Part shown: positions 39,101-54,100 of the stretch, in pieces
Numbering within the stretch: position 1 is the first letter of the stretch
How the letters are laid out: each line of letters starts with the position of its first letter
Source: Magallana gigas
Taxonomy: Eukaryota
Length of the DNA stretch: 64,000 nucleotides
Assembly: GCF_963853765.1 (NCBI RefSeq)
Contig: NC_088858.1
Span: 25,296,001 to 25,360,000 of the forward strand
Direction of reading: 5' to 3'
The notes under the pieces: model-generated
The model's database searches: none
What the model was told of the DNA's origin: nothing
Seen by the model: the letters and a program-made list of their open reading frames with translations, nothing else
Made by a program: the position numbers and the translations under genes

Positions 39101-42100
39101 ATCATAATTCATAAACACATATTTCACGGAAGGAAACCTGACTTGTACGGTGAATTTGACCAGTAATGGAGTATCCAGGACTCTAGTAGATGCTTACACC
39201 TACAACCCCGCCATTACTCCAAACATCACCATGGTAACCCCAGCCAGGGGAGGTACAGCAGGGGGAACTACATTAACTATTCAGGGAACAGGCTTTGGGT
39301 AAGAAAAGAAGAAATTTCTGAAAAGTATTTATTAATATTAATTTTCAATTTTATTTTGTACAGTTATATATAGAAAAATTTTGATTGAGCAAAATCTTTG
39401 TTACAAATGAAATGAATGCAATATACTCTGGAATTGAAAAATGATGGCTGTTGATTTTTGGGGTTGTTTCAGATCTGTGAAGGGTGATGTGTCGGTGACC
39501 ATTGCTGGGACAGTGTGTGATGTAAACAGTGTGTCTCCCACACAGATCACATGTGTGACAAACCAACACAAGAAGTCGGAGAAAGCTAATGTCAGGGTAG
39601 AGGTTTCTGGCAATGGGAAAGCCATGCAGGTGGGTGATTTCTGATGCTAAATGCACACACCCTGTTCCTGTTTATTATATACTTTATTCTTACAGTATTA
39701 AATATGTCTAGTTGTATATTCTATAAAAGCTTGAAAGATGTTTACTGTGTCATGTGAATCAATATGATTTAAAACTAAATCTTTTAAAAAATGTAGCATA
39801 TTGCAATTTTTTTAAGCATACAGTAAAACACGATTATTATAAGCAAACATGCTTATAATGAATTGCTGTTTGCAGCGAAGTGATTTTCATTCTCCATGAT
39901 CGACTTTATAACATGCTGTATACTTGACGGGTAAAACAAATTATGTTTATAGCACTGTAAAATCGCCCATCCCTGGCACTTCATTATTAGCCTGTTTTAC
40001 TGTATCTTTATTTAGAACGGTAAAATAATGAACATATGATGCGAACCTTTTTTTTTCAGAGCTCTGCTGAGTTTTTCTACATAGATGTGTGGTCCTCTCC
40101 GTTCACCTGGGGAGGTGGTCCTTTACCAAAGGAGGGTGATTTGGTTGTCATCACCCCGGGACAGACCATTCTGTTGGACGTCAGTACCCCGAAGCTCACC
40201 CTGCTACTCATTCAAGGTATTAATTAGAAATATTGAGGTCCTGATCGACTCACAAATAATTCACCAGCTTATTCATTCATAGATGCTCTATTGTGGCAAT
40301 ATACATGTATATATACACCCAAATTTTTATACATGTACATATGTAAGCAGAGTTCAGGCAGAATACTTTAAATGCAGCATCAAATTGGTTCTGGTGTATT
40401 CACAATGTATAGTGTTTACTATCTTTGACTTTTTTGAGATGTGTAAGTTTCAAAAGTGACTATTCTTTAGTTTGAATCGAAAAGCTAGGAATTAATTTTC
40501 AGTTAGTACACAACATGAAACCCTCACCACCCCTGTTGTAAGATATATCCAGGTTCTGGTATTTCACATTTGAACACCATTTTTACGTGCTTAAAAATCC
40601 ATTGCAGGTGGTGCCCTTATCTTTGATGAAAAAGACCTTGAGCTGAAAGCAGTGAATATCCTAATAGTTAAAAATGGCCTACTGCAAGTAAGCACATATA
40701 GTGGAATGTATTTATATATGTCATGATTGTCACTATTTATGCTTTTCTTGATATAAGCATGTACATGTAATGACTTGACCGTTTTATTTTAGGAAATTTG
40801 GTGATTGAAACTTTTGTGCAGTATTTGTGGGTTCAGACATTCATATAAAAATACTTGTCAAGAGAATTACAAAAAACTATATCTTATATCTGCTACCAAC
40901 TGTTTTTGTGAAAATTATTTAGCAGTTATTAGATACATGTACTTGAATATTTACAGATGACAGTCAACTACATACTGCTACTTCTGTGGAATCATTAGAT
41001 TTCGTGGTGGCTCAATTTTCAATTTTGGAATTTGTGGGTGCCTCTAATCCAAGAATTAACATCCTCCACAAATTAATAAATTTGATTTATAAAGTCATAT
41101 TTCCTTTTTATGTATAAGATATAACACAAAATTACGTCCCCATGAACCTGTAAAATTTAAGCAATCCACAAAAATTGACCCCCTTGAATTTTAATGGTTC
41201 CATAGTATGTCTCAAAACTTCAGACTAATATTTAAAATATCGTACAGGTGGGTACAGAGAAAGAACCTTTCCAGCACAAAGCTGAGATAACTCTGTATGG
41301 GAACCACCGCACCAAGGAGTACCCTATCTATGGCACCAAGTCCTTGGCTGTCAGAGAGGGCAACCTAGAACTACATGGTGGGTTCAGAACATGGCAGTCA
41401 CTCTTGTACTTGTGTATATTATCAAAATACTAGAACTATTATTTTAAAAAACCCAGTTCAAATACAGTCCAACCAGCCATAGAGAGATATAGTTAATTAT
41501 TGTTTAGTAATGTAATTGATCAATTGATCTTTTTTGTATATTTTGTTGTGCATGTTCTTTTAAACTTGCCAAAAAATTCTTGTTTTAGGCAAACCTGTTC
41601 CAGTGACCTGGACAACACTGGATGCCACAGCATATGTAGGGAACTCCACCATTGTTCTGAGAGAGGCTGTCACATGGAAAGCTGGAGACAAAGTTGTCAT
41701 AGCAACCACCAGTCACAGGCACTCCCAGAAGGAGACGGAGCTCATGGTCATCCAGTCGGTCGCCAGTGACAACAGGACCGTGACCTTGACACAGCCACTG
41801 AAGTATGAACATCTTGGGGTCACAGAGACCTTTGATGGCACTGACGTGGAGTTCAGAGCAGAAGTGGGGATGGTTTCACGGAACATAATTGTTCGAGGGG
41901 ATAGTAATCCAGATTTTGTGGAGAAAATTGAAGCTTGTCCAGATGGTTTTGATACAGGTACAGTATATTTAGCTTTGGAAGTCTTAGGTTTTGATCTGTA
42001 GGTACTTAATTGATAAAATTGTTTTTTTTTATATTAACATACATTCATTTCTTGTTTGAAATCTAGGTGAATTTGCCACACAGACCTGTTTTCAAGGTCG

Positions 42101-45100
42101 TTTTGGAGAAGAGATGGGAAGCGATCAGTTTGGAGCTCAAATCATGATCCACTCTCCCAAAAATTCTGGAAGTATGTCACACGCTCGTCTGGAATATGTG
42201 GAAGTGACCCATGCTGGTCAAGCTTTCCGACTGGGAAGATATCCCATTCATTTCCATCTGAATGGAGATACAAATGGATCCTATGTCAGAGGCTGTGGAA
42301 TCTATAACACATTCAACAGAGCTATCAATATTCATGGATCACGTAATCTTCTCATAGAACACAATGTGGCCTATAACGTGATGGGCGGAGCCTTCTTTTT
42401 TGAGGATGGAATCGAGACTGGTACAACAGTGCAATACAATCTGCTGATGTTTGTGCGAGAATCCAGCAGCCTTCAGAATGATGATATAACCCCTGCTGCC
42501 TACTGGGTCACTAATCCAGACAACACCATCCAGCATAACCGGGCAGTGGGTGGCACTCATTTTGGATTCTGGTACAGAATGCATGTACATCCAGACGGCC
42601 CATCCTTTGATAACAGTATTTGTCCTCAACATATTCCTGTACGTGTGTTCAGAAACAACACGGCTCACTCCAACGGCTGGTTTGGTCTGTGGATTTTCAC
42701 CACCATCAAGACCAGGGAGGGAGGAGGATGTGGGTCAAGCACTCCTGCTATGTCTTTGTTTGAATCCCTCACCGCCTGGAACAATGAGAAAGGAGCAGAG
42801 ATTGTGAACGGGGGAGCATTGGAATGCAGGGACTTTGTGCTGGTAAACAACCAGAAGGCAGGTTATGAAGGGAAACTGCTCATTGAGGGCGACCAGCTTT
42901 TTAAGGATTTGCTTATTGTTGGTCATGCTCCAAGTCTAACTCGAGAAGAACAGGGCTGTACAAGAGCTGGCTTCATTCTGCCCTATGGAAATGGGCTAAC
43001 ATTAGATGGTATCCGCTTTGTGAATTTTGATGAGAGCAATTGTGTAGGGGTTGATTTTGCAAGGATTGATGGAACTTGCAGCGTGAATTGTGGAGGATTT
43101 TACTATGAGACAAAAAATCTCAAGTGGGTGTCAGCTCCGAATAAAGGAACATACCCATGGCCATGGGCTGGAGTCCTGAAAGATTTGGATGGAACTCTGA
43201 TAGGTGAAACTGGAGATTCAGCCTCCATTGCAGCAAATGTAGGAAAAAGTGTCATTTCAGCTTCAGACACATTGCCTCCTACCTGTGTGTCATTTCCCAA
43301 GTTCAGTAATTTCAGTGGGAGCACTCCAGCTAGAGTTTGCCCACCAGGGGTCAAATACCATCGGTTCTCCTTCAATGGCATTAGTCCATCCTCTTTAGAT
43401 TACAAAGATTTTGTGTTTAAGAATCGCTATGGTAATGACTCTGCTCCATGGAGGAAGAAGGCTGTAACACACAAACTTGGCTGGATGATGGTGTTTGTGG
43501 ATGGAGAGGAATACTCCTATTATTTTAAGGATGCAGATCAGATAACAAACATCAGCTACACTGGAAGATTTGACAGGTTTCCTAAAGTAAATACAGTTTG
43601 TTTTCCCTTTCTTTAATAAATTTACTGATCTAAGTTTATTCTTCATTTCTTTCCCTTTCCCTGTCTAAGTTTTCACCAAAAGGACTGTATAGAACAGGAA
43701 ATGCATTTGAATTTTATCTGCCTATCTATAAAATCTTTGATGTAAATTTTTCTGTAAAAACAGAACAACACTGGAGGATACGAGTACGTCATCCTGAGAC
43801 AGAAAGTCTCCGTACGACCCGACCGATTCTTCCTAGACGGGAGCACCAACATCGAGCCCACTCGCAACATTGATGGCAACACTGTACATGGACAATGGGA
43901 ATATCTCAAAAATGAAAATGAAATCAAGTACATAAGTAAGTAGACGCTGTCTTTTCTCTTAAATATTATAAGTGTCTTTCCCAGTAATTTTTTTCTTAAG
44001 TCTGTGTAGTCTGTTAAAGAATTGCAATCTTTATTTTTAAGCCTCTTAATATTATAAGTGTCTTTCCCAGTCATTCTATTCTTTAGTCTATTTAATCTGT
44101 TTAAGACTTGCAACCTTTACTTTTTAATCAGCAGTCAAAAAGAATGTCTGCATTATGAATTTCAAAGTCATGTTTCAAGGTCATTGTTGAAAAGTTTGTG
44201 ACATTTTTATGAGTCCATGTTGGAGTTAGTGAAAATTAGAAGGAACATTGAATATCATATATCGTATCAAACATCAACCAAACATTGTATCCTGTTTGAT
44301 GAATTTGAGTTGACATAAGCGCACTAGTTTTAGGTGATAAACAGCTAATTTCCAAACAATTATGATGTGATACTTAATAATTGTTTGAAATTCTTCCAAT
44401 CCTCTTGACTTCCAGTTTCCTCAAAGAAACCTGCCTCCAGACGAAGGCGCAGTGTCGCAGACTTCAATGATTACAGTGTGAGTTTCCGTGCCTACAAGTG
44501 CTACTACGTGGACTGTAAGCCTCCTGTTGACCCCAACACTGTACCCCCCGTCACAAGCAGACCCTACGACTTCCAGTCCTGGTCAGAATCTGATACATGG
44601 GCCAATGCCAGCAGAGTTCCTCAAGACGGTGATGATGTCACAATCAGTAAAGGTTTGGATATTATGTTAAATTCAGTTTTTATCCCCTTTGAATAGTACC
44701 AGGATTGTTCATGTATCAGACTATCAAACATTTCTCTCAATGTGTTGATATATCATTTTTACAACAGTTACCGCTGTTTAGTTGGACTTAAATTTAATGA
44801 TGGTTGGTCACAATTATGGTTTATTTAATTGATCATTTCTGTACTCAGGCCAGACGAAAATTGATTAATTTTGCATTTTTCTTTATTGCGCTTAATTTAG
44901 GTGGAATGTAATGCAAAGTTTAATCTATGAAATATGCAAATTAATATTTTCATTAAAAAAAATTATTTTGAAAAACCATTAGATCAGTGGGTAGTAGCAG
45001 ACACAGCATTACCAAGAATGGGTAAACTGGTTCTCTATGGAGTACTAGAACTGGACGATGCAAACGGCACCAGGAACTTTGAGCTGAACTGTACCTACAT

Positions 45101-48100
45101 TGTAATCTTGGGAGGACGTCTGATCATTGGATGGCCAGATAAACCGTTCCTTGGTCGGGCCCTGATTCTGCTTGAGGGGGAGCACTCTACACGACCCTAC
45201 CCCACCACCTCCGGCCCACCGGTCGGATCAAAGGCAATAGGTAGGGAGGCTCAGTCAGTGATTCATTACATATTATTAAACTTATCATTAAAAAAACTTG
45301 TCGTCGTCAATAAATCAATTAACCAATATTGCCTTTTGATCAGATAAATTGTTTATTTTCCTCCATATACCACTAGTATTTCCAATAGAATATCTTTCAG
45401 TTTAAGTTCTTGAGCAAGTTCATTAAAAGGAAATCGGATTCAAGCAAGATTTTTGACTTTCTTAATTATTATCTTCACAGGCGTGTTTGGTGGCCTTGAC
45501 CTTCATGGCAAAGATGTCGGAACTTCCTGGACATTGCTGGCCCAAACAGCCAATCCTGGCGACAGACAGATCACATTGGCAACAGATGTCACATGGAAAG
45601 TTGGGGAGGAGATTGTAATTGCTCCAACGGATTTCTCCATTTGGGAAAAAGAAACATTTGCGATAACTGCAGTGACAAATGGTGGAAAAACACTTAGTCT
45701 GAATAGCACAATAAAGTTTAAGCATATTGGTAAGTTCTTTGCAGAATTGTAAGTTCTCCACACAGAATGAAAAAAATTAAGTTTGTAATTGACAAATTGT
45801 TTCCTTGATAGATTATTTCCATATGCAAAGGATTAATTTTTAATTTTAATGTCTTAAATGTAACACAAATTGTGATCTCTGAAAAAAATAGATGTTGCGA
45901 AGGTTTGAAATAAGAAAGATCAAATGCAATAATAAATATTTGTTATCATCGCAGTTCTATAGCTATGTGGCAAGGTGGGTTTACCAGTAAAATGTTTATA
46001 TTTTCATCGTTGACACTCTGATTTAGCCCACACAGAGACTGCAGGCAACGAGTCAATGACAATGGCGGCTGAGGTTGGTCTGTTGACCAGAAATATTCGT
46101 GTGGAGGGGGCCAGCTACAACAAACTGTACAGCCAGTCTTTTGGGGCCAGAATTCTGGTCAGCCAAACCCAGGACCCCAGTAATAGCAAACTTCTATACA
46201 TAGGTGAGAAGTTAAAGATTACCTTTAAGACAAACATCTTTAACGTTACAGGAATTCGTAACTCCTATAAATATGGAGAAGTTTATTCAGCAATCACTTC
46301 ATTAAAATTGTTTACTTTTTTCATTATTTTCTTCAACAAACCTGAAAAACTTTAAAATTAAATAAGGAATAAGGAATCATTCTTTGAGTATTATGAGGTG
46401 ATAATTTCGGTCGGGGCGTGATCAAATCCAATAGAGTCCGATTAAATATTTAAATATAAATAAGCAAACCCAGCTGGCGCCTCAATTTGGCGTCATTTGT
46501 ATTATGAGCTATATAGTACAAAATCAATACGTAGTGTTATCAAAGGCAAAGACACTGGAAAATGTAAATATAATGATTTTTATTGATGATTTTTTAACCA
46601 TCTTTCTGTTTAATGATCTCCGATCCTAGTAGTGTTAATATTTCCCACATATATTCAACAAACTGTTTAGCTTAGTGGGTCCAGGGAGAACTACTACATT
46701 AAGGTAAAGCAGTTCAACCCTCGAAGCACCGGGGTTCGAGCCACTGATGCATGAGATAACCACTTTTTATTTTCTTTATTTGATCTCAGCTTGTGTAATT
46801 ATTCCATTTTCTTTATTGTGGCCAAAACTACAATTATTTCATAAAATGCGTGGATACCATTAGAAATTTTTTTTTTTTATTTCATTTATAATGTTTGAAG
46901 GATAGATAACATATTAATGATGAAAAAATACTTTGGGGCTGAGGATTGAAAAACCATAATTTATTTATTAAGGTTTTTGAAAATTAAATTATTAATAAAT
47001 TAGCTAATTTTTTTTTAATATTAATTCTAATTTTACTAAAAATATCAGAATTTGCAAATCATTTTGAATGGCATCTGTTTTGAATATTTTAAGTAATTTA
47101 AATTAAAACTCTATCTGCATTTTCAGGCTATGCTCGCATCTCCAATGTGGAGTTTTACCACTCTGGACAAGAAGGCTGGGTGGCACCCTTTGATGGCCAC
47201 GGCTCCATAGCTTACATCGACGCTGGTACTGTGTCCAACATAAAACCATCCTATGTAAAGAAATGTGCCTTCCATAAGGGCTTCTCACCGGCAATCATGG
47301 CCTATGCTACCAACAAACTTCCAATTGAAGACAATGTCATAACAGACACAGTGTGGTATGGTAAGTATTCAGTAAACATACTTTCATAAACATTTCCCTT
47401 TAATCTTTGACTCATTATTAGATATGGATTGATTTTCTGTGTCATTTGACTATTAAAATCTTTTGCTTACCTATTTCTTTAGCTGTTGAAGCAATAGGAG
47501 ATGGATCCATCATCAGAAACAACTTTGTGACCAAGGTTCAATGGGAGGGATCTTATCAAGGTCGCAGGGAGAGCTCAAACTTCCGATATAACGGGGCATT
47601 CAATTTGGATAAAGCCACCAATCTGGTTTTACAAAACAACCATGTCGGAGGAGCAGAGAGGCTGGGATTCCGGACCACTGGGGAACCCTGTGGTGTCTCG
47701 TCCGCAGACTCTTGGACGGGCAACGTCGCCCATACTGCTCTGGTCGGGGTCGGCTTGCTTACTATCAATCCACTGCCAGGTTGGTTGGAAGTCAGATAAT
47801 TTGTATATTTATATTATCTGTTACATACTGCTTTAAGAAATATTACCCCTTTCTTTTTTTTACTTTCCAGGTTATCTTAAACAATGCACAATGTACGCTA
47901 ATTTCACTGTATGGAAGAATTTCGATTACGGGATTTTCTACCAGGGCACTGCCAGCTCCTCTGTAAGAAATCTAAAGGCGGCTGACAATGGAGTCAGCGT
48001 GTTCCAATTTGTTGAGGGTCCACCATCCCTATCACACAGATTCCAAGACAAGTATGCCAATGTGATTGACTCTCTGATTATCGGTACATCAGACGAACTG

Positions 48101-51100
48101 AATTGCTCTACTGCTAGGGGTGACAGGTCCGATTTCAACTTTATCAAAAGCCGAGAGAAAATAAAGAGTCACAGTTTTCCTTTACGTGTAGGCGTAACCA
48201 TGCCAACATTTACCTCAGGGGGCAATGCTTGCCCCAACATGCCTTGTTCTGGAATAATGTCCTACCAAACCATCAAAGGAATATTTCGCTTGCAAGGTAG
48301 GGGCTTTGGTAATTTCTAAATATTGTATATATCCATCATAATTAACATTACCATTTCTATATAGTTATGTGTACAGTTCCATTATGTAAAATGCTATAAA
48401 TCTTTGTATAAAATAAATAGGCATTTCTCGCACAACTTTCAGATGTGACTTTCTCCAAGTTCTCCAACAAATGTAACAGTCGAGGGGATCGGGCGGTGGC
48501 TCCTAATAAAGCAAATGATGATGGAAACCACCCATTTATAACAGAGAGAATTCAGTTCCACAATATGGCAGAGGAAAATAAGATTCTGTACTGGAGATCT
48601 GATATAGGGTAAAATCTTTCTAGTGACTAATAGAGTTGACCTTGCACTCACAATTTTTTTTTTTCCGCAATGGTATTTTACTTGTAAAATTCATATATAC
48701 ATGGTGTGTATAAATGCTTGTTTGCTTTGAAACATCAAGTGCTCTTTCACATTTTAGTCCTATTACTGAATATTATGTTAATCATAGTAATTAACAGAAG
48801 ATTTTTAAGGCAATTTTTTTATCATGAAGTTTTTACTCTTGAGAGTTTCAAAACTACATGTAATTTGTTATTTTCATCAATTTTGCAGGAAGATTGACTC
48901 GTCCAACTGTGTAGACATGGCCTGTGACGCTAAGGTCAAGTGTCTCCTGCAGGATCTAGACGGGACGTTCCTCAGCTCCCCGGGATTTGTCATCCCACAA
49001 TCAGAGCATGAATGGAATGGAAATCCCAAGATGGGATTAGGGGATTACAGAATCCCAAAAGAGATGCTTGTTAGATCCAATGGGAGCAGAATTCCTGTTG
49101 CAGAGATAGCTCCTCACAAAGGTACACATATCATGTAAAACCCCTACATTTTATGCTTGTCTTTAGAGAATTATTTCACACAGTTGTTTTGAGAATGTGC
49201 ACTGGTATACACATGTATACAGTAAAACACGCTTATAACGAAGCGCTCGGGACTTGCAATTTTACTTCGCTATAAACATACTTCGTTATATCGTTTATAA
49301 CGAAGTATCTTCAAACTAACATCTAAATTCGCTATAAGCAAAAAAAAAAACAATCAACTCTAAACATGTTTTATTGACAGGAAATGTTTAGTATTCAATG
49401 CAGAATTTAATTTTGAACAAAATTCTTGAATTTTTGATTGTTTTTAGCCTAGAATTTGCTGCTTTTTCAAGTGTTATCAGAGAATGCTTTAAACACAGAG
49501 TCGGGAACATTGTCGGATCGCTCTAGCAAGCCTGCACCATCTTCATGTAGACTTGCGCTTGTTTTGTGGATATTGAAACATCTGCTGATGGTTCATGGTC
49601 AACAGGTTCGCTGTCATCGTCGCTAGATTCGTCGTTGTTAGTAACTGCATCGATAATTTGATCATCAGTCAGACTTTGGACGGAAACAATTTCTTTGTCG
49701 ATGTCTACGTAATCTTTCGTACTTATTTCATATGCGCATGTTCTCATGAGGTCTGCTAAGGGAACATCGTCGTTTAGAAGGAGGCGAAGAATCAAACTGT
49801 TTCAAAATAGTATCTACGATTTTTAAGAATTGTACTGAGAGAGTTTGGTAAAATGCCGAATTCTCTTGCAATGTCTTTTTTGCTTTTTTCCCTTCATCCA
49901 CCGCCAAAATTATTTGATATTTTGTTTCAAGAGAAATAGCTTTCCGTTTTCTGGATGGCGAATCCATGTCTCATGAATGAACAGGATAAAATTTACCCGA
50001 AAACCCAGATCATCATATGAAAAAAGTTCATTTAAAACTACCCATATCGTTGATAGTTTAAGCGACGAGAAAACAGTTCACTTAATGTCAAAATTATCCC
50101 GCTTCGGGCCTCTATCAGAGATATTTAAAACTAGTGGGAAATGACAAATTCTATTTATAGTACACATTTGATGTTTTATAAACGTTGTTTATTATTGTTA
50201 ATTGGCATTTTCAAAAAACAAATCGTGCAACAATCTCACTTTTATCTTTATTGATAATGAATTATTCATTTGCTAATACAACACAAGCGGACACCTGTAC
50301 TAGCTGCTGCATGCGTCCATGTGGACCTGTGTGAAACCAATCTTCGTTCGCGTCCAGGTGAAAATGTGTGAAAACACAACTCACGATATTCGCTATATAC
50401 AATGGGAAATCTGTGTTGTTTTAGCTAGAGTGCATTAAAAACTACTTCGTTATATCCGTGAATTCGCTATATTCAACTTCGCAATAAACGTAAAAATTAT
50501 AAATGAATTGATAGAATTTTGGCCGGGGAATTACGAGTGATTCGCCATAAGCGTCAATTCGTTATAAGCGTGATCGTTATAAGTGTGTTTTACTGTATTC
50601 AAAATATTTTTTTTTAAATTTAAGAAATTATGTATTGTGTTTTATAAAGGTAGAGCATGAATTTCTTGAGTTCTATGCTTTTAGATTATTTTCATGTCGT
50701 AATACTTGTTTTGGAAGAGTGTGCTAAGGTGCATATGTACAATCCATAAGAGGCATCACTTTATTCCTCTGTTTTAAACTTTCAATCATTCAAAGTTTCT
50801 ACCCATATACTACACAAATACAGATATAAAGATAGATCATAGATCAGAATCATATTACACAGGTTAGCATTTAGGACCATGAACCTCTTTTCAAAGAAAT
50901 GCAGTGATATGTTTTGATCTACATTTAACAAATATTAATTTGAGACTGAAAACTTTAGATATTTTTGTTACAAAATTATATCATTTTTCTACAATGCTGC
51001 TCAGGCTACACTTTTGAATACTGTAAACATATTCCGTTTTCCTCTGTAATCTTTTTAGTGTTTTTGGCCGAAAACTGCTTCCACTAAATCAAGAGCTTGG

Positions 51101-54100
51101 CTAAATACCAATGATATAATACATACATGTATAAAAATAGGCACATTCAGAAATATACAAATTCAGATCCATGCTAACTTGTTGAAAAATCATTTTCTGC
51201 CAAATTAAATATCATACAGGCTAAAAATACTATATTTACAGTAGGGCTTCTTAGGGGCCTTTTATATTAACGAGGAATAAAAATCTTGATCTCCTTGTTC
51301 TTTTAATAGGAATCGTCAGATCCTCTTGTCAGTACAAGAGCGCCTGGCAGGCTTACGAGTGCCACGAACTGAACTACAAGACACTGGTCATTGAGAGCTT
51401 GGACGCTGACACAGAGACCCGCCGTCTGTCCCCGGTCGCCATTCTGGGCGATGGATACCTGGACCTGATCAACGGACCCCAGGACCACGGCTGGTGCAGT
51501 GGCTACACCTGTAGGAAGAGACTGTCCACCTTCCAAGCCATCGTAGCTACAGGTTTGTTCGGAAATGGATAAAAATTGCTTAATTTAAGCAACCCCCAAG
51601 GCTTATTATCATATTTTAAATTATACTCTGGTCTGTAAAGCAGATGAATGGAAGATTTTAGTTTTGATTTTCACCTTTCTCTTTTCTGGGAATTCAAATA
51701 AAGTCATGAAAATATTATTCTAGTGACCAGTGTATGCTCAAGATTTCTGCTTTCATAATGATTATAGAAATATAAGTTGCTTTTAATTAACATTGTTGAA
51801 GGCTAAATCTGTGCTTTGAATTAAACTCATTCAATATTTCAGGAAAGGAATTCTTGTTGCATTACACAAGTGTTTCACCTCAGAAATCTCGCTTTTTCTT
51901 CTTGGATGCCAAACCAAACGACTGTATTGTCCTGTCTGTATGGTACTCGCAGCCCTGGAGATTGGACGTCTACCATGATGGCAATTTCATCCTGCCTCCA
52001 AATGCTCGATTTGAAGGGGCCAAAAAAAAATACATTGTTGATCCTCCTCCTGTTGGACAGCCAGACTACTACAAGCCTAACGTCACAGGGTGCGCACTCA
52101 AATCTGGGACCAGCTATTTCAACAGAGATACTGGTATCATTACTTTGATGATCAAAGGGCCAGCTCCAGTGGAGATTATAACAGTGAAGACAGTTATAGT
52201 GTCCTTCCAACTACCAGCGATGCCAGAGAACGAGTTTTATGGGGAGAATATCATCATGAATCTAGCCTCCTTCCTTAACATTGATGCCAGTCGCGTGCGC
52301 ATCACAAAGATTGTGAGGGAGACATCATCAGTCAGTGGTCGCAGGAAGAGAGCCACCGGTAAAATCACAGGGGTGGAAATCGAGATCAGCAATCCCCCTT
52401 CTCAAGGTATGGATAAACTAGCATGTGCATATATTAAATGGTATCATTTTATAGATGGACTTTAAAGAAGCATTTTTCAGATGGATTTTATAGTAGTATA
52501 ATTTATCACCAAGAGAGGAAAAAAATGCAATAATGAGAAAAGTTTGTAGTACATGTACTAGTAAACATGTATGATATATTAAGTTTTCTGTGTCTAGAGC
52601 TCAACGCAACAGCAAGTGCAGGTGATCTGTCCACGGACCAGCTACAGAACATAACCACAACCATTGTTAATGATGTCCAGCTTGGTTCAACCTTAAAGAC
52701 CCTCCTCAACACCACAGGGGTAGCCATTTCTGAGCCGCCCCCAGATCCTGAGGACCCCAACTGGCAGACCGTGGCGAAGGAAAACAAAAATGAGGGCTAT
52801 GAAAAACTGGTTCAGCCAAGCCAAATGAGGTTGCATAGCCCCATTGTACCACTGCATGAAGGTGCTCCATTCTCCACGCCTGCACGATTTCAAATATATG
52901 ATGTTGATGTGAGTTTCAAATATAAAAAAAAAATCCAGCTTTTATACTATAAACCAGCTTTTATTTGCGAGGACTTCATTTCGCAAATTACTGGTGATAA
53001 ACTGACTGCACGAAAATTTCCCACACGCCAGTAAAAATTGGTTTACAGTACCATTAGACGAAATAGGTGTTTTCTAACATTAAAGTTGTTCTCGTCGTGC
53101 AGATGTTACACTTGCAGACCTGTTTACTTGTAAGATTTGAAGTATATAATATGTTTTTTATATTGAAATACATCTGACGATGCTTATTATGTAAATGCAG
53201 GAAAGCATTAAATTGCATTAAAAAATTACAGTGTGTTCATATGGAGATCATTTAACTTATAATTGTATCGGTGAATTTCTTTTTATTTATTGATAACCAT
53301 TTTGAAGTATCTGTAAGGGAAATTTTGAGATTCAATTTCATTTTGATAAAAAAACAAGATCAATTTTCACATTACGCAAGTGAACAAATTACTGTATTAC
53401 ATTATTGATGTAAAATATTCTTAATTCTAGAAATGTTAATTCAATGAATTTTAGTTTTGTACATTTATATATTTTGATGAAATTTGAACTATTATTTCTC
53501 TTTATAATTAAAACAGGGAAATGTCGTTAATAAGCTGGGAACCCTGGCAAATCCATGGCTGATTACAGCAACCATTAAAGCTGGCACCGGTAATGCAGCT
53601 GCTAAACTAGTTGGAACTACCACTGTCAAATACAACAATGGTTGGGCAAACTTCACAGACTTGGCCATCAGTCATTTTGGCACAGATTTTGTCCTGGATT
53701 TTGCAGTGACATATCCAGCCGCTGCCAGCTTCTCTTTGACGTCATCCAAATTTTCACTGACAAGACGTCCTCTTAAGGTCAATATCCGTAACATTACAAC
53801 CACCATATTGCAAAATTCTGATGTAGCTATTGAACTAGAGCTGCAAGACGGAGTTACTTCCCAGGTTGTAGAGAAAATCAACTGGCGGGTATGTGAATAA
53901 TTTAAATAATACGAATAATATGCAATATACAGAGCAGTTTGACTGGGATGTGACTAGTATCTCCTGATACCCCTCTCCCCCCCCCCCCCTCCAAAAAAAA
54001 TACTGTAAATATTGATGAGTTACTGTAAGTTACGGTGAACTATTTCTATTGATTGAATTTTGTTTTAATATTAATCCTGAATTATATAACTATCGCAGTA

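Noticed and set aside
42339-43646. Minus-strand ORFs overlapping exon 37 (and similar ORFs at 36482-36865, 47556-47768, 51303-51536, 51875-52210)
   Set aside because: These are antisense or alternative-frame shadows of GC-richer coding exons, with no recognisable domains.
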